Part shown: in pieces, positions 1 to 13,200 of the stretch | Position numbering within the stretch: the stretch's first letter is position 1 | Layout: each line of letters starts with the position of its first letter | NCBI GenBank assembly: GCA_964016885.1 | Contig: OZ024743.1 | Location: 47,616,001 to 47,680,000 of the forward strand | Length of the DNA stretch: 64,000 nt | Source of the DNA: Eledone cirrhosa | Lineage: Eukaryota | Direction: 5' to 3' | The notes under the pieces: model-generated | Seen by the model: only the letters and a program-made list of their open reading frames with translations | Database searches by the model: none | Told to the model about the DNA's origin: nothing | Program-made: the position numbers and the translations under genes

Positions 1-499
1 AGAATGCACCAGGTGCATTTTATCATGGCACCAACGCTATGGAGGTTGTCATGTCTTTGATACAACTGAATAGTCCTTTCAACCCTGTTTTGGCAAGGTT
101 TCTACAGTTGGATGCTTTTTCCTATCACTAGCAACCTTCCAGGGTGTACTGGACGCATTTTTCATGGCACCAACACTATAGTAATTGTAAATTAACTGGA
201 GGGTACTCACCCCTTTCTAACATGGTTTCTACAGTGGGGAGACCTCTCTAGAATGTGCTGGGTACATTTTATCATGGCCCAAGCACTATGGAGGTTGTCA
301 GTCATAGAATTGACTGAAGGACCCTCTGTACCTTATGAGGTGGGTTGTAGAATGGGGGAGATAAGAAGGATAAGTATATCATGGGAAGAGTGATAAGTTC
401 AATATCATGGGTGTATGCTGGGAGTGGTGGAGTTTGACAGTGATGAGAAGGGGTGGTAGTGATCCTAGGTAGAGTGGCAGGGTACAATTACTAAGGAGT

Positions 500-885
500 G
501 ACAGTGTGTTGTTGAGTGGGGGTCAGGTCACATTCTTATGCTGGCAAACAAATCTTCTCCATTATCACATGTCACCAATCCCTGTAGTCCTTTGTCATCA
601 CTGTCATGATATTCAGCTTCCTAAGATTAGTCTTCACTACTGCATCCCATGTCTTCCTAGGTCTACCTCTTCCATATGCATTACATATCCATACCATCAC
701 TGTCTTCTCTCTTGCACACTGCATCAGAACCTTCTTATACAGATATTTTCTCAGCTTACTTATGCTATATCATCATGTACACTAACATTACACACCCACC
801 GAAGCATGCTCACTTCATTTCTTTCTAGCCTTTGCAGGTCTTCTGCAGTCAAGACACATGTCTCACTGCCATGTAAGAAAACCTA
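500..885 (-). mobile_element. Decayed RTE LINE 3' RT fragment
   Basis: Antisense translation parallels the other RTE copies (HGSETC..ERNE.SML.W region). Confidence 0.7.
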
Positions 886-993
886 AAGCTGATAAAAACT
901 TGTCAGTAAGTTTCAAAGTAGTTACTGGTCACAAAGAATGCAGTGTTAATTTTCACACTACAAAATAAATGGAAAATGAATATAAATTTTTAT

Positions 994-1612
994 ATATACG
1001 TGAACGACAAAGCATAAATGAATTGAGAGAGAGACTGAGCATAAGAGGAATCAAATGCTGCGTGCAGGAGAGGCGGTTACGCTGGTATGGACATGTGATG
1101 CGTATGAAGGATGACAGCTGCATAAAAAGGTGCAGAGCACTAGAAGTTGATGGAAACCGCGGAGTGGGGAGACCCAAGATGACTTGGGATGAGGTGATAA
1201 AAGCCGACCTTACCCAACTACACCTCTCAAAGTCAATGACACACGACCGTGACTTCTGGCGTCACGCAATAATACAGGGTACCCGACCTCCCATGGGTAC
1301 ATGCTGAAGCATATAAACAATATGCCCCCCCCCCCCCCCCACCGCAAGGTGGTCGTGGAGGTGCCACGGCAAAAAAGCACCCAGCCCACACTGTAAAGTG
1401 GACGTGTAGGCGCCACGAAAAAGCACCCAGCACTCACTGTAAATGAGGTTGGTGTTAGGAAGGGCATCCAGCTGTAGAAATCAAGCCAGATCAGTTCCTG
1501 TATGAGCAAGGCATGGTCAGCCGACCAGACACTGCCCACAACAGGACAACCCGTCTAACCCATGCTAGCGTGGAAGAACGGACGTAAAACGGTGATGATG
1601 ATGATGATGATG
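994..1612 (+). mobile_element. 5'-truncated RTE-clade LINE (ORF end [19 protein letters not shown], 3' UTR, (GAT)n tail)
   Basis: ORF 969..1307; nearly identical to the reverse complement of 18358-18975. Confidence 0.92.
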
Positions 1613-4600
1613 ATTACTATTACTGTCATCATCATGCGACCCTTTTATGTTCAACTGAGTTCAAATTCCACCATGGTCATATTTTTTTTCATTCCTTTGA
1701 TCAACCCTCTACCTTGAGGATTGGTCAATGAAATAAAGTACCAGTCAAGTATTGTGATCGATCTAATTGACTATGCACTTGTTACCTCTCTTTTAACCTT
1801 TTAGCATTTAAACCAGCCATATCCTCCAGAATTCTCTCACTTCTTTTTGTTCAAACTGGCCATAACTGGTCACTCATACTGACGTTAAGGTATTGTTCTC
1901 AAAATAAATAACATCAAAATCTCATAGATTGGACATTATGTGAGATAATTGTGTATGATAAAGCCTTTACCACAAAATATATAATAGTAAATATAGTCAA
2001 ATCGTTGCTTATTGAGTGAGAGTAGAATTGATAAAGAATCAAATTAAATAAAGTACCAGTCAAATACTATGGTTGATTTAATCAACTTTCTTATCCCTCC
2101 AAATTTTTTGCCTTTTGACTAAATTAGCAATTATTATAAGGGTTGTGAGTAGCCAAAGGGATAGAGCATTGGACAATGCCAAGATCAGTTATGTCCCTTT
2201 ACTTTTCAAATCCTGCTGATGAAAGGTGGGGGTTGACAAAATAAGGACCAGTTAAGTACTGAGGTTGATGTAATTAATGGTATTTTGTAGCCTTCTGCTA
2301 TTAGAAATTATTAATAGGGTGGAACAAACCTGGCTGAGAGGTTAAGAAGTTCACTTTAGAACCATGTTTTTTGGTTTCGTCCTATTGCATGGCACCTTAG
2401 GCGAGTGTCTTATATAACTTCAAGCCAACCAATGTAATGAGTGAATTTGATAGATGGAAGCCCATTGTATGTGTTTGTGTGTTCTCCAGTCACCACAAAA
2501 TATGTTCACACCGTTTATAAATGTCAGTGGTTCGACAAACATTAACAATATATAACACTTAAAATAATGGATTTTACTGGAGCTAACTGTAGCTTAGAAG
2601 GAAGAGGAACAAGAAAGAAAGACAAGTACCAGAGGTTCATGGAGGGCTGCTGCAGGAACTGGTAAGGGACCAGGTACTTGTTAATGAAGGTAAGCATTCA
2701 AGGGTTGAATGAAACTATAGGTATTACAGGAGTGAGTAGAACATCAAGAACATTGTGGAAGCAGTAGAGAAGACATCTAAATGGCTCTGGTTGAAAAGAG
2801 GTGATCAGTATGGTTAATTAATGCCATTTGAAAACAAAATGAGACTTGATCAACTTCAGACAAGTCACCTGTATGTAGGTATATGTTGTAAGACACAAGC
2901 CAGTGACCAGGATACAACAGCAATGGTGTGTCCAAGGGCGTGTATCTGTAGATGCATGAAGAAGAGAGCAATACTTAAAGCCTTTGCCAGCCTTCCCAGA
3001 TACCTGAGGTTATTGATGACACCAAACTACCTTTTCATAGTAGAATCAGTAGTATCAGACAAAATGCCTTGTGGTATTTAATAATATACTTTTATATTAT
3101 ATGCAACCTGGTGGGTAAGGTGTTGGGCTCATGATCATAAGGCCATGGGTTCAATTACTGGGAAACAATTACGTCCTTGAGTAAGACACTCCATTTCATG
3201 TTGAACCAATCCATTCAGATGAAAATGAGTACCAGCAATATCGGGTTGGGATAACCATGTGACAAACTGGCAACCTATCCAAGAGGAGAGTCATGTTCTC
3301 TGATGCACAATGCCATGAAACTGAGATAAGCTCTAACCTGATGTGCCTCTGAGTTTGTGACGGGCTTTAATTTCACACAGTTTAAATCCTGCCTAGGTCA
3401 GCTTTGCCTTTCATCCCTTCATGGTTGATAAAATAAGGTACTAGTTATTGTATTTTAGCCTATGATTATCTCAGACCTATGGTCAAAGGCATTGCAGGCA
3501 TTTTCAGCTTTACATTATCTAATTGTGTATTTTAAGGAAAATTTAGCTACTACTTCTAACAGTTTGAGCAACCACATAGACCCACTGTGTCCCTGTTGGC
3601 TAATCCATTCAAGTACTGGAGTTGATTTAATCAACTGTTCCTTTCCCCAGAACATATGAACTTGTACCAAAGTTAGAAATTATTATTAAAAGCAATGCAT
3701 TGGTAAACTTGTTAGGAAATGATTTGCAGTATTTATTCTGTTTTTTTTTTTTGTGTGCAGAGTTCAAATCTCACTACAGTCAACTTTGCCTTCAGTGGAG
3801 TACTGGGAGTCAATTTAATTAACCCTCACCCTCAAATTGCTGGCCTTGTGCCAAAATGAGAAATCATTATGTAGGTGTGGAGTTTGATATTTAAAGAGAA
3901 TACTGGAAGATGTGACATTCATACTTTCCACAGAGGTGTTAATATTGTAATATTTTCTGATTCAGACACACAAGGTGACATTCCTAGATTATGTGATGGT
4001 CATGCTATTCACAAGAGCATTGATGGCTGAAGAGATGTGTCAATTATATATAACCAGAAATTGAACCTGGATCAGTTGTTAAGCTTGCTCATGTGCTCCA
4101 TTTTTTTTTTTCATTGTTTCTATGGTTGGATACTCTTCCTGACACTAACCACTTTACATGGCAGCATTACTACCATTTTATAGAATGTACTGGGTTCATT
4201 TTCTCATGGCATCAGCACTATCAGTTTATAGGGAGTACTGGGTGTATTTTATCATGGCACTAGAAAGGTTATGTCCTCAGCAGGAATATAAACTCTTCTC
4301 AACTTCATACTTTCTCAGTTTAATTGCAAACTACCAGTTAGGGTGTGATTTTGAGGTATATATGTGAACTGGTGAAGTAAGATTTATTCTCCATGTAATC
4401 TAATTATCAAACAGCCCTTGATAAATCATTAATCATAACTACAGTATCTTACTGACCTCTTTAACTATTACAGAGATACAGCTAACTCGTGTTATTTTGT
4501 AAAAACTGCTAAATAATGTAATATATCAGTTGATATTTTCAGCCCTTAGATAATTTGGTTGAGATTGTGGAAAAAAAACGAACCAGTCACACATGTCAAA

Positions 4601-7600
4601 GAAGGTAGGGGTTAATGCAAGAAAGGGCGTCCATCCCTAAAACATTGCCATTAAAAGAACCCCATTGATGATTTATAAAACCTAGCATGAGGCCTGCAAG
4701 GGTAACTCCTGCTTTAGCAGAAAAAAATGCCATTAAAAACACTTGTTGGTTATACTGTAAGAAAGTTTCTTCCATTTTAACTAAGTCTCCCTGTTCATCT
4801 TATAGATATAAACTAATTTATTTGAGCTAGTGTCTTCTTTATTCTTACAGTCACAATTTTTTAACTGTTCTACCGTTTGGTCTCCATCTTGGTTATGTTG
4901 TTAAACCCCCGATCATAAAATTGTGGGTTCAATTCTTAGACAAGGTGGCATGTTGTGTTGTTGATCAAGAAACTTCCTTTCACATTGCTTTTAGTGATAA
5001 GATTGGGGTCTTTATTAAAACACCTCAGAAACCTGCTATGAGATACAACCTTATAGGAAACCAGCTAAACCTGCATAGATGTGAGCTGTAGATTTTCTCT
5101 TCATATGCCTCTTGTATCTGGAAAAGTTCTTAACATTTTTGACTAAATTCTATTTAAACCATGAGGATATGATTGTTCTCATACCATTGTATCTATTAGT
5201 TATTTAGTTACTTGTGATCATGCTAGCTTATTCAAACTGAAATGCTCGTTTATTGTTTTTGATAATTAACATATAATGTCTGCTTAAGACCATCTTAACA
5301 TGAAGGTGCATAAACTAGTGGTTAGGTGTGTTGGGCTTATGATCATAAAGTTGTGAGTTCAGTTTCTGACACATTGATCTTGAGCAAGATACTTAATTTC
5401 ATGTTGATCTAATACACTCATCTGTAAATGAGTGCCAGCAACAGTGATGTTAACCGTACAACAAACTAGCATCCCATACAAGGAGGATTCATGTACTTTT
5501 AATTGCTTAACACTAATAAAATTGAGATAAGTCCATCCTGATAAGCCACAAGGCTCGAGACGAACAAAAATCTATCTTAACTACCCTACAAATGTGAATA
5601 GACATAAGCACCAATTTGAGACAGAACAGAGCATCCAATCTCCATACTAATTACTACAGTCTTTTTCCAAACTGTCATTCCTCTGGGAATTTCCTCCCTA
5701 CCCATGTTGATCTGTCTTTGAAGGCCTGCAAATACTATGAGTACAGCCTTGAAAAACACTGCCTCAAAAAAGACCCCATGAAATGAATGAAGTTTGACTG
5801 CATTGTATATAGTGAATCCTCTTTGTTCCTTGTGCAACTGTATGCTTCTTTTTGGTTTGTACTTGTTGCAGTTTCTGCAACAGGGTGATAGTATTGTTAG
5901 CTACACCCAACCACCAATCCAGAGAGTTAGGTACTGCTTTTTGTCTGGCCTTTAATCTATAAGCAATTTGGCTTCATTGGATCTGTCTTTCAAAGATTGT
6001 TACAACTTGGCGGACAGTTGAGTTTACATTTTGAGTCACCTTTAATGTGCAAGGAGCACTAAGATTTGTTTGAGATTCTCAGCCCAAATTTCTTGCTCCA
6101 AGAAGCCTGGAGGAAGACACATTAAATTGACTGAGTATAAAGGTTAAGATGTTTAGCTCAGGATCATAAAACTGGATGGGCTGTTGTGTCCTTGATCAAG
6201 ACACTTCATTTCACTTTTCCCCATTTCCCTCACCTGGAAAAAATAAGTACTAGCAGTAATTGGGGTTTAAGCTTGCGACAGACTGGCAATCTCGTACTCT
6301 GAATCACTAAATGCTAGGGTAAGGCCAAGATAAACTCCATTCTGGTGAGTTTTGGGGCTTGGGACAGATTTTAAATTGACTTGGTTCTTGACCAGTTTCT
6401 TATTGACACAGGAAAGATTAAAAGCAAAATTGACTTCAGTAGAATTTGAACTCAGATCATAAAGAGCCAAATACATTGTTTGACACACTAATTATTCTAC
6501 TAACCCACTGTCTTACATTGCTCTACTTCCTTTTGTAGATATTAGTCCATGCAACCAACCATGAAACCCCCATCAGTAGTCATCTACAAGTTTGTTTATG
6601 TTGGTATGTGTGCGAGCACACACAGATATGCACACCTACACACTCAGACATGTATAGTAGGTCAAATATATGTATCAGATTACATTCTCCTCATATCCAT
6701 TGTAATAGTTATCTCACTGGAAAACCAGAGAATCTCGTGTTTAGCTTTTAGGGTGTCAAGGGCAACATTATCTAGTGTCTTAGTGCTTTTTTTTTTGTTT
6801 TTTAACATTATAGGGTGATTTGAGAGTGGTTTAGATACTATTTCTAGCAACTCAAGTGACCATGTTGAGGCTCTGTTTTTTTTTTGGGTGGGGGGGTCAT
6901 TTCTGAATCTTAGTTCCATAGAAAGGATCAAATACATTATTTTGGAGGGATCTGATATTTAATTTGTAAACTGAATTGGTAGAAACATTGTCAGGCAGAA
7001 TGTCGGTGAATATTGTCTCTTTGTATTTTGTGTTTGTATCCTGCTGATGTCCACTTCTGGGGTTAATATCAGTTTAAGGCAGTGGGCTGGCAGAATTGTT
7101 GGTGTTAGACAAGATGCCTTGTAGTAGGTGTTCTGCATTCTAAGTTCCAATCCTACCATGGCCTACTTAGTCCATCACACAGTTTAACACCGCTACCTGG
7201 TCCATAGGTGTCTTTAGCAGAGTGCACTGTGTTGTAAACATTTGGGCCAAGTCTACCTTCTTCCCACCAGACTGAAAGGCCTCTAAAAAGAGTCATGAGC
7301 AGTTCTTCCCTCCTGACTGAAGAAAAAGAAAAGAACCCTGAACAAATATTTTCCAATTTGCAAACGGTTGCTCCTCCTTTAGTGTTTGCTGTGAACCCAG
7401 TTAATCTGGGTCAAAGAGGTTTCTGTGCCCTGCTGAAGTAGATGGCCCACATTGTCCCTGATAGGATATAAGGTCACATGTGAGAGCCAGTAGTTTAATA
7501 TGACCAAAAATATATGTCACAGTTATGGCTGTGTGGTTAAGTTCACTTTGCAATTACGTGGTCTGGGTTCTATCCCATTATGTGGCACCTTCAAGTGTCT

Positions 7601-8975
7601 TCTACTCTAGCCTCAAGCTAACCAATTCCTCATGAGTCAATTTGGTAGACAACTGTATGAAACCTGTCATATGTATATATGTCTGTTTGTTGACTCTTTT
7701 CTTTGTATTTGACATCAATGGTGCAGGTGGTGATATTTGTTTATGTTCACTTAGATGTTCTGCTTCACAGTCGTTAGATATGCAAATATCCATACAACAA
7801 TACACATCAATTGGTTTAAAGCCACTGTTCCTGCTAAAGTTGATCCTGTGTCCATAAGAATTTACTAACCATCACATCAAACCATCTACTTCTATACTAC
7901 ACCAAAGGACACTGCTTTAAACCATCATCATACATCTATTTTTCCATGCTTGCATGAGTTGGGCAGGTTATTACAGATTAATCAGTATTTAATCAGGGCT
8001 ACTGTCCTCCTAGTTTGGCCAGGGGAACATGTCTTGCTTATATATATGTTCTAATTTTGACATGGTTTCTCTGGCTGGATGCTCTTTCTAATGTCCACTG
8101 CTTTACAGAGTATACTGGGTACATGTTATCATGGTACCAGTACTAGGGAGGTTGTCAAGCCCTTGATGTGACTGAAGAGCCTTCTCTTCCTTATGTTAAC
8201 ATTCAAATGTCATCCATTTTAAAGGGTGCACTGAGTACATTTTGTTGTGGCACCACTAAAGAGGTCACCTTGTTCCTACAGTTATTACAATTTTGAACAT
8301 TAGATACTGTGTCACCCATACAGAAAACAAGATTGATACAAATATATGACTTAAGATAAATGTTTGGATGTATCTGTCTTGCATCTGTCTCTTACAAACC
8401 AACACACTCTGTCATAAGCTATGCTCACTCCACATACACCAATTACTTTTACAGCAAAACAAAAATACTGTATGTAAAATATTGTCATCATTTTACATCT
8501 GCCTTCCATGGTGACATAGGTTGGACTCACATATGCATTAGGGATCAGTATTAAACCGAAAGTGTAAAAGAGAGCTTACGGTGGGAGTTGTATGCAAATG
8601 ACCTGCTGTTAATAGTAGAGTATGAAAGGAATGTATGGAAGCAAAAGTTATGAAGATGAATATCAGAAAGTGAGTGATGGCAATTGGAAAAGCAAGAGTT
8701 TGAAAGTTAAGGACTCAAAGGATCATGTCCTAGGGAGGAGCACAATGGTCCAAAAGTGGGGTGGGAGTGATTTCCACCAGTTATCATGCTAATCTTTATG
8801 CTAATGAAGAGGGAAGTGTTTTTGAAACTGAAAGGACATGTGTGCTGTGAGATGCAGGTGAACATGGAACAGCAGAAAAGGCTGGAAAGAACAGAAATAA
8901 GAATGATCTGATGGATGAGTGGAGTATTATTGCTGAGAGAGAAGGTAAACAATGAATTATATAATCAGTTATATA

Positions 8976-9080
8976 ATTATTGACTTGTAACCAGCTAAAT
9001 GATTATTGACTTGTAACCAGCTAAATGATTGACTTGTAACCAGCTAAATGATTATTGACTTGTAACCAGCTAAATGATTA
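8976..9080 (+). repeat. 26-bp tandem repeat x4 (attgacttgtaaccagctaaatgatt)
   Basis: Units at 8981, 9007, 9030 and 9056. Confidence 0.92.
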
Positions 9081-9124
9081 TATATCTTGAAAATATATAC
9101 TTTTTTTTTTTTTTTTAATGACCA

Positions 9125-12031
9125 TGCTGTAAAATGGAGGGGTAGCGAGGGCCCTTGAGTCTAGTAAGACATCCTCTCTAGTGCTGTGGCACAAATAAAA
9201 GCACCCAGTACATGCTGTAAAGTGGCGCTGGTGTTAGGAAGGGCATCCAACCAGTGTATCAATGCCACAACGCTTATCAGCACAACAACAAATAGGAACA
9301 ACAACAAAATATGAAGACATCGCACTCTCAGATCTGGTGAAATAGCGGAGATGCTGGAGAGGTGCCTCTGCGAGACTAGTCATAGGCAAACATCTTAGCT
9401 ATAAGCTTTGCTGGGTTGGTAAGGATGATGGGTTAGGGGGAGTAGGCATTTTCCTGGCTGAGAGATGGATCAATAAGACAATAGAGGTAGTTCGAGTTAG
9501 TAATCGAATAATTAAGCTTAGATTAGTTGTAGGCAGGAGACTACTGACAATCATCTCTGCCTATGCTCCCCAAGCAGGCCTAAGCAAAGATGAGAAAGAC
9601 TGCTTTTATGAGCAACGTTTACAAACAACCGCAATGACAGAGGACGGAGACATCATTATGCTAGCAGGGGACTTCAATGGTCATGTTGGACAGCTCCAGG
9701 ATGGTTACACTGGGGTACATGGTGGGCACGGTTACGGCTCAAGAAATGAAGACTTCTTGAATTTTGTGATGCAAGTACACTGACTATTTGCAACACAAAC
9801 TTCCAGAAACCTGCCAACCACCTAATAACCTACAAATCTGGCGAGCACATAAGCCAGATTGACTTCTTACTAGTTAGGCAGTGGGACAGGCAGATAGTGT
9901 CTAATACCAAGGCATACCCTGGGGAAGAATGTACCCCACAGCATAGGTTAGTCGTTAGTGATATCTCAGTAAGCAAGAGATGGAATGAGACATACAGGAA
10001 GGTGTGGAGAAGAAAGGTCTGGAAGCTAAAATACAAATTTAGGAAAGCCCTTCAAGATGTGTATGATGAAAAAGAAGACGATTTAGAGACGTATGACATA
10101 GATAATAACTGGAATTTCTTATGTGACAACTTACTGCAGGCTACTGATGAAACTTGTGGCTGGAGCAGAGCTCCAACTAGACAGAGAGTGACCTGGTGGT
10201 GGAGCAGCACAGTAGATAAGGCCATTAGAGACAAAAGACTAGCATGGAAGGCTTGGAAAAAGGGTGGGAGTAGGGAAGAATATACAGCCGCTAAGAGAGA
10301 AGCTAGACGTCAGGTGTACTTAGCACGCAGGGAGGCAGCGAGTAGGAGGTTTGCCAATGTTCTGCGACGGGAAGATCAGAGGCATGCGGTGTTCCATATT
10401 GCAAGGCAGTGTGTCAATGCAAATCAGGATGTTGTTGGAGATAAATGTGTCCGGAACGATGCCGGTGTACTGAGTGTCACGAATGATCAGAAAAAGGAGG
10501 CCTGGAAATGTCATTTTGAGAGACTGATGAATGTAGAGAACGAATGGTGGTGACAGAAAATACCCTCAGTAGATCTGACTGAGGGACCAGCTATTGAGAT
10601 TGACGAATATAGGGTCCAAGAGGCGATTAAGGAAATGAAAAATGGTAAGACTGCTGGACCATCAGGAATAGTTGCTGAGATGCTGAAGGCATCAGGGGAC
10701 GTAGGCACTAAGCTGGTTGCACGCATCATCAATCAGGCTATATATGGTGGTGTCATACCCAAAGACTGGTGCAGCAGTATTCTCATAAATTGCTACAAAG
10801 GTAAAGGGGATGCTCTGGAGAGGAGCAATTATAGGGGTATAAAACTGATGGATCAGGTTATGAAAGTGGCAGAAAGGATATTAGCACAACTAATTAGAAA
10901 AAGGGTCAAACTAGATGACATGCAGTTTGGTTTTGTGCCTGGCAAGAGTACAACAGATGCCCTCTTCTTGGTGAGACAATTGCAAGAGAGGTTCTTAGCG
11001 AAAAATAAGCCACTATACTTAGCCTTTGTTGACCTAGAGAAGGCCTTTGATAGGGTACCTCGATCTGTCATCTGGTGGTCCCTAAGGAAACTAGGTATTG
11101 AGGAATGGCTTGTGAGGACAGTGCAAACTTTGTACAGAGGTACTGTCAGTAAAGTCAGGGTAGGAATGGAGTTTAGTGAGGAATTCTAGATACAAGTAGT
11201 ACATCAAGGTTCGGTTCTCAGCCCGCTCTTATTCATTATAGTCCTCCAAACCATAGCAGAAGTTTAAGACTGGCTGTCCATGGGAACTTCTCTATGCTGA
11301 CAATCTGGTTCTTATAGCAGAATCAGTAGAGGAGCTAGAGAATAAATTCTGGCTATGGAAACAGCAGTTGGAAGCAAGAGGACTGAGAGTGAACCTAGCT
11401 AAGACAAAAGTGTTGATGAGTAGAAAAGAGGACAAAACTCTGATTCTGTCAAGGAAATGGCCATGTTCAATATGCAGAAAAGGAACTGGCATAAATTCTA
11501 TAAAATCCACACAATGCAGATCCTGGGTACACAAGGGATGTAGCAGGATAGCAGGAAAACTAACAGGTAGGGAGAAATATGTATGCAGTAGATGTACAGG
11601 CAGTAGAAGTCGCATTGATAGACATATTTTTCAAATGCAGGCGGGTGCTATAGAAGTGGTGGATAGCTTCCGGTACCTAGGAGATCAGATTAGCATGGGA
11701 GGGGGGTGTTCCGAGGCCATAGTATCTAGAATGACGAGTTGGAAGAAGTTTAGGGAGCTGCTTCCTCTGCTGACGAAGAAGGGTTTCTCCCTGCGTACGA
11801 AAAGCCGGTTATATGATGCCTGTGTGAGGAGCGCAATGTTGCATGGTAGTGAAACGTGGGCAGCAACTGCAGAGGATATGCGCCGGCTGGAGAGAAATGA
11901 GGCAAGCGTGCTCCGTTCGATGTGCAGTGTCAATGTGCATGAACGACCGTGACAAGTAGAGAGATGCAGTGCTGAATAAGACCAGTCCCACCCTTGCAAG
12001 CAGGGAAGAGCGGACGTAAATTGATGATGAT
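9125..12031 (+). mobile_element. Near full-length decayed RTE-clade LINE (AP endonuclease, RT, internal PHD-like finger, (GAT)n tail)
   Basis: APE motifs (SAYAPQ, GDFNGHVG, SQIDF, PQHRLVV) and RT motifs (NYRGIKL, QFGFVPGKSTTDA, AFVDLEKAFDRVPR, HQGSVLSP); stops, frameshifts and a 3' deletion. Confidence 0.93.
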
Positions 12032-12040
12032 GTATGTGTG

Positions 12041-12072
<32 letters not shown>

Positions 12073-12130
12073 TGTATGTATGTATGTATGTATGTATGTA
12101 GATATGTATGTATGTATGTAGATATGTAAG

Positions 12131-12168
<38 letters not shown>

Positions 12169-12295
12169 TGTATGTATATATATATGTATGTATATATATA
12201 TATGTATGTATATATATATATGTATGTATATATATATATATGTATGTATATATGTATGTATATATATATATGTATGTATATATATATATGTATGT

Positions 12296-12329
<34 letters not shown>

Positions 12330-12353
12330 GTATATATATATATGTATGTATAT

Positions 12354-12387
<34 letters not shown>

Positions 12388-12398
12388 GTATATATATG

Positions 12399-12430
<32 letters not shown>

Positions 12431-12531
12431 TATGTATGTATGTATATATATATGTATGTATATATATATATGTATGTATATATATATATGTATGTATATA
12501 TATATATGTATGTATATATATATATGTATGT

Positions 12532-12565
<34 letters not shown>

Positions 12566-13200
12566 GTATATATATATATGTATGTATATATATATATGTA
12601 TGTATATATATATATGTATGTATATATATATATGTATGTATATATATATGTATGTATATATATATGTATGTATATATATATGTATGTATATATATATGTA
12701 TGTATATATATATGTATGTATATATATATGTATGTATATTTATATGTATATATGTATATTTATATGTATATATGTATATTTATATGTATATATGTATATT
12801 TATATGCATATATGTATATTTATATGCATATATGTATATTTATATGTATATATGTATATTTATATGTATATATGTATATTTATATGCATATATGTATATT
12901 TATATGCATATATGTATATTTATATGCATATATGTATATTTATATGCATATATGTATATTTATATGCATATATGTATATTTATATGCATATATGTATATT
13001 TATATGTATATATGTATATTTCTATGTATGTGTGTGTATGTATGTATGTATATATATGTGTATGTATGTATATATATGTGTATGTATATATATATATGTA
13101 TGTGTATGTATGTATGTATATATATGTGTATGTATGTATATATATGTGTATGTATATATATATATGTATGTGTATATGTATGTATATATATGTGTGTGCG
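12032..13200 (+). repeat. Compound (ATGT)/(AT) microsatellite with a 20-bp higher-order unit at about 12740-13020
   Basis: Read directly from the sequence. Confidence 0.97.

Noticed and set aside
5520-5570. Hammerhead-like ctgataagccacaaggctcgaga (related motif near 3338)
   Set aside because: No intact CUGANGA/GAAA core; it is the recurrent 3' part of a SINE family.
5590-5800. Possible CR1-like LINE 3' relic and minus-strand ORF 5586-5837 as a gene
   Set aside because: Only a frameshifted SFFP..W/GN.LP-like trace; too decayed to call, and no support for a host gene.
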